Assembly: GCA_944388575.1 (NCBI GenBank)
Contig: CALXJF010000004.1
Span: 4,122 to 68,121, forward strand
Reading direction: 5' to 3'
Source: an uncultured Clostridia bacterium
GTDB taxonomy: Bacteria; Bacillota; Clostridia; TANB77; CAG-465
DNA: 64,000 bases
Within the stretch, counting starts at the first letter, position 1. Each line of letters begins with the position of its first letter. Shown here in pieces: positions 20,287 through 27,464 of the stretch. A program made the position numbers and the translations under genes. The notes beneath the pieces are model-generated. The model saw nothing but the letters and a program-made list of their open reading frames with translations. It made no database searches and was not told the DNA's origin.

Positions 20287-21443
20287 CTAGGATACCTCTT
20301 ATAAATAGATCTGATAAAGTATTTATTTTTCTTTAAATCGTATTCTATATTTCCAATTTCTTCTATTTTATAATCTTTCATAAAAATTATACAGTTAATA
20401 CAACTATACAGTATTTTTTTTATGAACTCTTCGTCATACTTTTGTGCTTTTATATCTCTTTTACATAGAAGTACTAATCTGTCTATTACAGTAAAAATAG
20501 AATCTGCATGTACTGTCGAAAAACCTATATGTCCAGTATTAATAGCATCAAAAAATACAGAAGTTTCTTCTCCTTTTAATTCTCCAACTACAATTATATC
20601 GTTTGACATTACTAAACTATGTTTTAATAAAGTCTTTAAATCAATTCTATTATTAATTTTATTCATACCAATTTCTCTTTGGATAATATTTTTATTTTCT
20701 ATAAATAATTCACTAGTCTCCTCACATACAGTCATAGGTATTATATCTGGAAAAGTTGTTAAAATTGTTCTTAACAACGTAGTTTTTCCGCTACCTCCTT
20801 TTCCTGCTATTATGGTACTATACCTATTATTTATTATATATCTTAGTTCTTTTAAACTCTTCTCATCTAACATTTTCTTTTTATATAAATCATTTAAATT
20901 ATAATTACTAAATCTATGTATTCTTATAATTAAGTTATCATCTATATAATTAATTGGAGATATTCCAGCTTCTATTCTAAGCTTATATTCTTTATCACTA
21001 ACAATAACAATAGGGTTATCATAATTAATAACACCATTATTTTTTACAATACAATATTTAATGTAATCTCTAAATTCTTCCTTGTTATTAAATTTTTCAT
21101 CAACAATTTTCCATGCTCCATTTATTTTTATATATACTAGATTATATCTTACTACTCTTATATCAGACACACTCTTATTATCTATATACTTTTGAAGAAC
21201 TCCATATCCAAAAATTTTATTTAATACACTACTTATTATATCTTTATAATTATAACTCTTATCAACACAATATTTTAAACAGATATATTCTTTTATTTTT
21301 CCTTCAAAAAAATCCTTATTTTTAGTAAATAGATATTTAGAATAATTTGTAGATATATATTTTATTACTTCATCAATATCTACTGTACTGTTCTTTTCTT
21401 TTATAATATTTTTTTTACTAACATCAAAAGGATTAATTATCAT
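20283..21443 (-). CDS. CpaF/TadA/VirB11-class secretion ATPase
   Basis: Walker A GKGGSGKTTLL, Asp box CEETSEL, Walker B IIVVGELKGEE, His box NTGHIGFSTVHA. Confidence 0.88.
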   Translation of the reverse strand: MIINPFDVSKKNIIKEKNSTVDIDEVIKYISTNYSKYLFTKNKDFFEGKIKEYICLKYCVDKSYNYKDIISSVLNKIFGYGVLQKYIDNKSVSDIRVVRYNLVYIKINGAWKIVDEKFNNKEEFRDYIKYCIVKNNGVINYDNPIVIVSDKEYKLRIEAGISPINYIDDNLIIRIHRFSNYNLNDLYKKKMLDEKSLKELRYIINNRYSTIIAGKGGSGKTTLLRTILTTFPDIIPMTVCEETSELFIENKNIIQREIGMNKINNRIDLKTLLKHSLVMSNDIIVVGELKGEETSVFFDAINTGHIGFSTVHADSIFTVIDRLVLLCKRDIKAQKYDEEFIKKILYSCINCIIFMKDYKIEEIGNIEYDLKKNKYFIRSIYKRYPR

Positions 21444-22653
21444 ATTTCTTTCCTATTGTATATATTTTTTTCAATAAATTATATCTATTACAATCTGATT
21501 TTAATCCTAAACTTTTATATAACATATTCATATCTATATCTATATTTAAATTAATACTTCCTCCATTTATATACGCTTCAACCTCTTTATAATAATCTAA
21601 TGTACATACAATTTTATATCCATTTAATAATGACTCAATTTGTTTTTTATCTAAAGAATCCTTTTGCCTTTTGTTAATGATTAAATGAATTTTACCTGTA
21701 TCATTATCCCAAAACCTTGTTATTAAATTAATATACTTTATAGCTTGTCTAATACTCATGTAGTTTGCATTAATAATAAATAATATTTTATCAGCTATAT
21801 TTAACGTATAAGGAACCACATCTAAAAAAGGTGATGATGGTAAATCTATTAAAGTATAATCACATTTTTTATGCACACTACTATATAACTTATCATAATA
21901 CTTACTAGATAGCTTATTTTGACAATCAAATAAACTGCAATTATTTGTTATGTACCAAAGATTTTTATTATCACAATCCTTAATCATATATTTTGAGATT
22001 ATGCTATTAACATCTTCTGAATTGTCTACACTTTCCACTATTTTGGAAAAAAGTGCATCTTTTTCATCGATGTTATTTATAATATCAATAGAAGGAGATT
22101 GTATATCCATGTCAAGAAGAGCAACCTTTATTTTAAAATCTTTTGCTAGTTTTTTTGCAATAATACTTGAAACTACTGATTTTCCTGAACCACTAGTACC
22201 GTAAATAGCTATAATTTTTTTAGTTATAACGTTATTATCGATTATATAATTTTGTGTTTCCTCTTTTATTACTTCATTATTTTTATATACAACCTTTTTA
22301 TCCTCTGTTATACTAGTTAATACCTCATTAATATCTATCTCTTCTCCTTCAATAATATTAAATACTTCATTTGCGAATAAAAATTCTTTATACTCCTTTG
22401 TTAATCTATTAACTAAATAAACAATATTAGTTTTAGGATTTGCTAATTTTATTTGTTTTATATACATTTTATTATCAATATTTCCATTTAAACTATCTCT
22501 TGTTACAAGAATAAATTCTGTATCATTTTGACTTAGAAATTCTATTACATTTTCTTTGGAATCTATATCATATTTATAAACCTTGTCTTTTACAAATTTA
22601 TTATTTATTCTTTTATATATTTCTTCATTATCAAGTGCGACCAATATATTCAT
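21433..22653 (-). CDS. TadZ/CpaE-like protein: atypical receiver domain plus a ParA/MinD-type ATPase
   Basis: The N-terminal region of about 120 aa has a receiver-like beta-alpha pattern (ILVALDNEE..., FILVTRD). The C-terminal part has the deviant Walker A IAIYGTSGSGKSVVSS and LLDMD. Start set at ATG 22653 (AAGGTG SD). Confidence 0.72.
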   Translation of the reverse strand: MNILVALDNEEIYKRINNKFVKDKVYKYDIDSKENVIEFLSQNDTEFILVTRDSLNGNIDNKMYIKQIKLANPKTNIVYLVNRLTKEYKEFLFANEVFNIIEGEEIDINEVLTSITEDKKVVYKNNEVIKEETQNYIIDNNVITKKIIAIYGTSGSGKSVVSSIIAKKLAKDFKIKVALLDMDIQSPSIDIINNIDEKDALFSKIVESVDNSEDVNSIISKYMIKDCDNKNLWYITNNCSLFDCQNKLSSKYYDKLYSSVHKKCDYTLIDLPSSPFLDVVPYTLNIADKILFIINANYMSIRQAIKYINLITRFWDNDTGKIHLIINKRQKDSLDKKQIESLLNGYKIVCTLDYYKEVEAYINGGSINLNIDIDMNMLYKSLGLKSDCNRYNLLKKIYTIGKKYDN

Positions 22654-24400
22654 TATTTTCACCTTCTATTATCTCATCTTCATAATTGCTTGCCTTAACT
22701 TTTAATACTGTATTATTATTACAAAATCCCAATAACATACTTCCTTTTTCTAATCTAGATACATCTTTTAATGTATCTTTAGCTATGACATTCAACTTAG
22801 ATAAAACTTCACTATCTGAATACTCTAATTTAAAAAACACCTTAAATTCAGAGTTGTTTAGTATAACTTTACCATAGTTTCCTTTATTTATACTAAAAAA
22901 ATCTGAAATATCTTGAGTTATTGTAACAATACTTGCCTTATTTTTTCTAATAGACTTATATAGAGAACAAATTAATTTAGCTATATTTCCATTTACATCA
23001 TTATTTATATATTTCCATAATTCATCTACATATATAATAACATCATTATTTAATCTATTATTTCTTAAATATTTATTTATCTTATTTAATAAATAAGATA
23101 CTACAACCTTCATTTTATCATATGTTAAAAAGCTCGTATCAAATACGACACTTGTATCAAGATTAATATTAGAATAATTAGAAAATTCACTATATTCATC
23201 TACTATATATTTTATTTTTTTTCTTAAATCATTTTCACTTATTTCATTAAGCAGATCATACATATTTGGAAACATATTATTTTTTTTAAGTTTTTTTTCT
23301 ATAAATATCTTTTCATCAGTATTTTCTATATATAAACTATTGATATCATAAGTAATGTTTTTTTCTAAATATACTTTTATCAAATAATCTTTTAAAATCT
23401 TTTTATCATTATTGTTAAGTTTTACAATAATAGAAATAAAGTCTATTATTTCTTGAATTTTATATTTTAATACATTAGATTCATATATTTCTATATCGCC
23501 CTCATTTATATCCATTATATTAATAAATTTATTATTATTTTTATTTCCAAACCTTACTAAATTTATATTTAATTTTTCAGCTAAATTATTATATTCTCCT
23601 TCAATATCAAATATATATTGTATTTTTCCTTTTAAAAAATGTCTTAAAACAATCAATTTAGTAAAATATGATTTACCACTACCACTACTACCTAATATAA
23701 TAATATTAGAATTTATATATTTTCTATCAAATATATCTATAATACTTAACTTATTTTCATTTTTGGTATAACCAAATATTATTCCATTTTTATCAAATGC
23801 ACTCCTAGTATAAAAAGGGAATATATTGGATAATGTAGAAGTAGTAATATTTCTATAGTTTTTATTAATTAAAATATTATCATAATTATTTATTGGTAAT
23901 GTTAATATATAGGAATCTAAATTTCTAAAATTACTTATATTAGAATAAATCTGTTTTGAAAAAAGTTTGCTTTGAAAATTTTTTATTATTTTAAATAATT
24001 CATCTTTATTATATGAGTAAAAAGTTATAAATAAGTTAAATTTATATACTTCTTCATTATTAAGTTGTATTTGCTTTCTTAATTCTTTTGAATCTATTTG
24101 TTGTTTATTTAATAAATCTATATCAATTTGATTTTTATTTGTTGTTTTTAATTCAGATTTATAGTTTGATAAATTATATGATATATCTTTTAGAACTTTT
24201 AAAGTATCTAATTTTTGAATATAAATACTAACATCATACATATATTTTTTTTCTATTGAATTAATTATTTGAGTAAAATATATTTTTACAGGATAATCAT
24301 ATATAACTAAACTAGCAATATATTTATCATCTACTTTTAAATAATTAAAATTAGAATTATCTATAAATGATGGAAAAAAATTAAATTTTATATTATGCAA
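22631..24400 (-). CDS. VirB4-family (TraE/TrsE-like, AAA_10) ATPase, main body
   Basis: FFPSFID...YIASLVIYDYP entry motif, Walker A ILGSSGSGKSYF, FDIEGEY, Walker B IIYVDELWKY, and VTITQDISDF. TTG start, in frame with the upstream 170-aa ORF. Confidence 0.8.
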   Translation of the reverse strand: MHNIKFNFFPSFIDNSNFNYLKVDDKYIASLVIYDYPVKIYFTQIINSIEKKYMYDVSIYIQKLDTLKVLKDISYNLSNYKSELKTTNKNQIDIDLLNKQQIDSKELRKQIQLNNEEVYKFNLFITFYSYNKDELFKIIKNFQSKLFSKQIYSNISNFRNLDSYILTLPINNYDNILINKNYRNITTSTLSNIFPFYTRSAFDKNGIIFGYTKNENKLSIIDIFDRKYINSNIIILGSSGSGKSYFTKLIVLRHFLKGKIQYIFDIEGEYNNLAEKLNINLVRFGNKNNNKFINIMDINEGDIEIYESNVLKYKIQEIIDFISIIVKLNNNDKKILKDYLIKVYLEKNITYDINSLYIENTDEKIFIEKKLKKNNMFPNMYDLLNEISENDLRKKIKYIVDEYSEFSNYSNINLDTSVVFDTSFLTYDKMKVVVSYLLNKINKYLRNNRLNNDVIIYVDELWKYINNDVNGNIAKLICSLYKSIRKNKASIVTITQDISDFFSINKGNYGKVILNNSEFKVFFKLEYSDSEVLSKLNVIAKDTLKDVSRLEKGSMLLGFCNNNTVLKVKASNYEDEIIEGENNEYIGRT

Positions 24401-24409
24401 TTCCTCCTC

Positions 24410-24922
24410 CTATAATTTGTTTAAATGTTTATATAATATCTTTTCAAATTCATATCTACCATGTACTCTAATTACTTTACAACCAATCTCTTCAAGTTTA
24501 TAAACAACTCTATCATACTCATCAACATTTATTTTTTCCTTACTATTTTCAGATATTACAATTAAAATTTTTGTTTCATATACATCTTCAATCTCTAATT
24601 TTTGTTTTATATCTTCAATGTATTTTATATATATATCAAGTGGAATTATTTCTTTATATGAATAATACCTTTCTATATAATTATCTATATCTAACCTCTC
24701 ATTAGATATAACAATCTGTATTTTAAAATTACATTCTCTTAAAAGCTGAGTATATACTTCTATAATGTTGTATTGTATACTTTCTGATAAATCTAAAAAC
24801 AGTACAGGTTCTATTCTATATAAATATACCCTTTCAATATTTTTATTTATTCTTGTTAAAATGTACTCATCTTTCACAGCCTCAATTTTAAATAATTCTT
24901 CTATATCTTTATATTTTGACAT
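24410..24922 (-). CDS. detached VirB4 N-terminal domain (170 aa)
   Basis: The pattern I..I.......Y.I.P......S......II..Y..LL....FKIQIVI, then a K.EE.G.KV....G.E.... tail, matches from memory the first ~170 aa of Gram-positive VirB4 proteins. It is separated from the ATPase body only by TAG plus 3 codons in the same frame. Confidence 0.55.
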   Translation of the reverse strand: MSKYKDIEELFKIEAVKDEYILTRINKNIERVYLYRIEPVLFLDLSESIQYNIIEVYTQLLRECNFKIQIVISNERLDIDNYIERYYSYKEIIPLDIYIKYIEDIKQKLEIEDVYETKILIVISENSKEKINVDEYDRVVYKLEEIGCKVIRVHGRYEFEKILYKHLNKL

Positions 24923-24958
24923 ATCCCTCCTTTGATTATATAAACATTTTATATTTAT

Positions 24959-24987
24959 ATATTAATACAATTATGTAAAATTGTCAA
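24959..24987 (-). promoter_or_regulatory. sigma-A type promoter of the VirB4/Tad-like operon
   Basis: On the minus strand: TTGACA (24987-24982), 17-nt spacer, TAATAT (24964-24959), about 35 nt upstream of ATG 24922. Confidence 0.6.
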
Positions 24988-25009
24988 CCATTTTTTGTTT
25001 ATTTTTCGT

Positions 25010-25023
25010 CGCAAGTTTCGACA
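25010..25023 (-). promoter_or_regulatory. conserved 14-nt element TGTCGAAACTTGCG (contains a Spo0A-box-like TGTCGAA), copy 1
   Basis: Identical to the 14-mer at 26415-26428. In both cases exactly 22 nt separate it from a TTGACA -35 box. Confidence 0.6.
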
Positions 25024-25053
25024 TAAAATTTAAATAAATATTTTTTTATTATA

Positions 25054-25082
25054 TTCACAGTTTTAAAAGTAATGCATATAAT
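25054..25082 (+). promoter_or_regulatory. divergent promoter of the small-protein operon
   Basis: TTCACA, 17-nt spacer, TATAAT. It lies 31 nt from the 14-nt element. Confidence 0.5.
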
Positions 25083-25115
25083 TAATATATATACATATAA
25101 AAGGAGATGATTAAC

Positions 25116-25307
25116 ATGAACAATAATTCAAATGAAATGAATAATATGTTAAACTCAAAACTAGTAGAATTGCTGTCTAATATTGATAAAAACAAAATAG
25201 AACAAGTTAGTAGAATGGTACAGAATATGTCAAGTGAAGACTTAACAAATTTGGTTGGAATGCTTAGTAAACAAACAAACAAAAATAATAATTCTCAAAA
25301 TACTTAA
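25116..25307 (+). CDS. small Asn-rich soluble protein (63 aa)
   Basis: GGAGA SD 8 nt before ATG 25116. First of three tightly packed genes. No family recognised. Confidence 0.55.
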   Translation: MNNNSNEMNNMLNSKLVELLSNIDKNKIEQVSRMVQNMSSEDLTNLVGMLSKQTNKNNNSQNT

Positions 25308-25309
25308 TT

Positions 25310-25768
25310 ATGAATGAAAATACAACTCAAAGTACTGAAAACCAAACTGCACTATATGATTTAATTCAAAGCATTCAATCAAAAATGGATTTAAAAAAAG
25401 TTGAACAAATTGAAGAAAATAATACTAAAGAAAATAATGAATTAAATAAAGAAGAAAATATAATAAATAGTAATAATAATATTTCTTCATTGTTAAATAA
25501 TTTAGATATTTCTAAAATTATTGGAATGTTTAATTCAAACTCAAATTCTAATACAAATGAAAATATTTTTAATGATATAGATCCAAATACCATTCTAAAA
25601 ATACAAAAAATTATTTCAAATTTTAGTAAAAATGATCCTAAAAAAGATCTTCTAAAATCATTAAAACCGTTTCTTAGAAAATCAAGACAAGATAAAATAG
25701 GAGAATATATAACTATTTTATCACTAGTTGACGCAATAGATATTTTTGGTAGTAAAGGTAGTGATTAA
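25310..25768 (+). CDS. Asn/Glu-rich protein with a conserved-looking C-terminal helix (LKSLKPFLRKSRQDKIGEYITILSLVDAIDIF)
   Basis: 152 aa. Its start is 2 nt after the upstream stop. Confidence 0.55.
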   Translation: MNENTTQSTENQTALYDLIQSIQSKMDLKKVEQIEENNTKENNELNKEENIINSNNNISSLLNNLDISKIIGMFNSNSNSNTNENIFNDIDPNTILKIQKIISNFSKNDPKKDLLKSLKPFLRKSRQDKIGEYITILSLVDAIDIFGSKGSD

Positions 25769-25769
25769 A

Positions 25770-26210
25770 ATGTTCAATCAATATCCATATTTTAGATTTA
25801 ATAATACATATAATAGATTTAACAATTATAATCCTGCCTTTTTTACTAAAAAAAATAATGTAAATCCTATTCAAGAAGATAAAAAAAACAATGAAGAAAT
25901 AGAAGAAAATTTATATAATCAACCAAAAACAGATGACGCCACTAATTCAGATAATGAACAAGAAAAAAGAAAAACTAACCATACAAATAATGAATCAAAA
26001 AATACAAAATTTAGACTAGGTCCTATTGATATCACAAATGAAAGATTATCAATTTTTGGATTTAGTATTGCCTTTGATGATTTATTATTAATTGGTTTAA
26101 TTCTAATACTACTATTAGACTCAGATTGTGACTATGCCTTAATAATAGTATTAGGTCTAATGTTATTAAATATTAATATTAGTAGTTTAAATCTTTTTAA
26201 ATTCTTCTAA
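25770..26210 (+). CDS. Asn/Tyr/Phe-rich protein with C-terminal TM helices
   Basis: ATG 25770 lies 1 nt after the upstream stop. MFNQYPYFRFNNTYNRFNNYNP..., with C-terminal LLLIGLILILLLDSDCDYALIIVLGLMLL. Confidence 0.55.
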   Translation: MFNQYPYFRFNNTYNRFNNYNPAFFTKKNNVNPIQEDKKNNEEIEENLYNQPKTDDATNSDNEQEKRKTNHTNNESKNTKFRLGPIDITNERLSIFGFSIAFDDLLLIGLILILLLDSDCDYALIIVLGLMLLNINISSLNLFKFF

Positions 26211-26339
26211 ATCTTTATAATATTTTACTAATAATTTGTCAATTTCTACACTAGTCTCATATATTGTATCATATGAGTCTTCTTTTTTTATCTGTTCTTC
26301 TAATTTCTTTTTTAAAATATCTATTTCTTCAACAATCAC
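26187..26339 (-). CDS. Spo0E-family aspartyl-phosphate phosphatase-like protein (50 aa)
   Basis: GTG 26339 sits 9 nt after AAGGAG. MIVEEIDILKKKLEEQIKKEDSYDTIYETSVEIDKLLVKYYKDLEEFKKI fits the Spo0E pattern (I..L...L........S.E.D.LI..YY). The track start (TTG 26405) overlaps the predicted promoter. Confidence 0.6.
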   Translation of the reverse strand: MIVEEIDILKKKLEEQIKKEDSYDTIYETSVEIDKLLVKYYKDLEEFKKI

Positions 26340-26363
26340 TTTAATCAACTCCTTTGTAACATA

Positions 26364-26392
26364 TTTATACCATTTATGACTCCGTATGTCAA
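26364..26392 (-). promoter_or_regulatory. sigma-A type promoter of the Spo0E-like gene
   Basis: On the minus strand: TTGACA (26392-26387), 17-nt spacer, TATAAA (26369-26364). Confidence 0.55.
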
Positions 26393-26414
26393 TATTTGTT
26401 GTCAAAAAATCGTT

Positions 26415-26428
26415 CGCAAGTTTCGACA
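26415..26428 (-). promoter_or_regulatory. conserved 14-nt element TGTCGAAACTTGCG, copy 2
   Basis: Same sequence and same 22-nt distance to the -35 box as copy 1. Confidence 0.6.
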
Positions 26429-26563
26429 GTTTTCAAGTATTCTATCGACATATTTTTTACATAACTTTTAACTATATTATATATATTATGCAAAAAAGAA
26501 AGATTTTATACAAGAAAAAGAATAGTAGTATAATATATCAACTACTATCCTTTTCTTATATAT

Positions 26564-27310
26564 TTAAGAAAAATCATATATGTTTTTAGGTTTATCCACA
26601 ATACTTGTAAAACATATCTTGTCACAAGTAATACCCGTTACCAAATATTTGTCTGGTTGAATTAATATAAGTGTGGCAAATACAGGTATATTATCTTTAG
26701 GAAATCTACCAACAACACTAATTACAGAAGATTCTCTTAAATTCCCAATAACTTTATAGTTATTAGATTTTCTAAAAAAATCCACGATCGATTTAGAAAA
26801 GTAAATAATACTATTTCTTGATTTTCCGCCTTCTTTTTGAAGAAAAATGAAAGGATCTTCTTTTATTTCAATAATCTGCTTCTTACAGGTATTTATATTA
26901 TATTTAGATTTAATTTGATTTAGTGTTTTAGAAATCTCACTATTAAAGTTCTTAAAACAGTTATACTGTTTATAATCCTTACTAACTAAAGCATCTTCTT
27001 TATTTAATCTTAGACTATATCTATACTGACCAAAATATGGTACATCAAATTGAATATATGAATTCTCAATTTCATGAATATTTCCATTTACTAGTACAAA
27101 TCTCGATATAATAACTTTAAATGTAAAAATTTTTATATTTCCTTCTTGTCTTAAGGTTAATGATCTAAGAAATTGCTTAAGGTCAGATTGTTTTTGATAT
27201 ACGGCAATATTAGGATACATATCCATTTTTGCCTTATCAGATAAAAAATAAGCAACTCCATAAAGATCAATATCATAATTTTCTACTCGTTCTTCCTTGT
27301 TATTAAACAT
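26564..27310 (-). CDS. hypothetical protein (248 aa)
   Basis: Has its own promoter (TTGACG, 17 nt, TATAAT on the minus strand at about 27350-27385) and a GGAGG SD. It sits downstream of the M16 pair, where Bacillus carries ymf genes. Family not recognised with confidence. Confidence 0.6.
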   Translation of the reverse strand: MFNNKEERVENYDIDLYGVAYFLSDKAKMDMYPNIAVYQKQSDLKQFLRSLTLRQEGNIKIFTFKVIISRFVLVNGNIHEIENSYIQFDVPYFGQYRYSLRLNKEDALVSKDYKQYNCFKNFNSEISKTLNQIKSKYNINTCKKQIIEIKEDPFIFLQKEGGKSRNSIIYFSKSIVDFFRKSNNYKVIGNLRESSVISVVGRFPKDNIPVFATLILIQPDKYLVTGITCDKICFTSIVDKPKNIYDFS

Positions 27311-27420
27311 TAAAAAACCTCCTAATTATAATTGATTTATAAAATTTACGAACTAGAATATTATAACACTTTTTTTATTTTACGTCAAATTTTCTTTTCT
27401 TAATTTTAACTTTAAAAAAT

Positions 27421-27446
27421 AGAAATAGTAATAGTCGACTATTTCT
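27421..27446 (-). terminator. terminator after the M16 peptidase pair
   Basis: AGAAATAGT / ACTATTTCT stem followed by a T-run on the minus strand. Confidence 0.6.
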
Positions 27447-27464
27447 ATATTTAATTAATTCAAT

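Noticed and set aside
24410-24412. TAG as pyrrolysine in the VirB4 gene.
   Set aside because: No pyl genes or other in-frame TAGs are visible in the window. The stop is embedded in an SD-like sequence with a restart codon. I cannot support recoding from this sequence alone, so it is kept only as a remote alternative in the finding.
18666-24922. Ordinary Tad/Flp pilus locus.
   Set aside because: There is no prepilin-like small ORF with a class III signal, no prepilin peptidase, no pseudopilins and only one platform gene. The presence of VirB4 is also atypical.
18666-24922. Integrative conjugative element.
   Set aside because: There is no relaxase, coupling protein, integrase, VirB6/VirB8-like protein or hydrolase gene, and no direct repeats at the borders within the window. 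At most it is a remnant.
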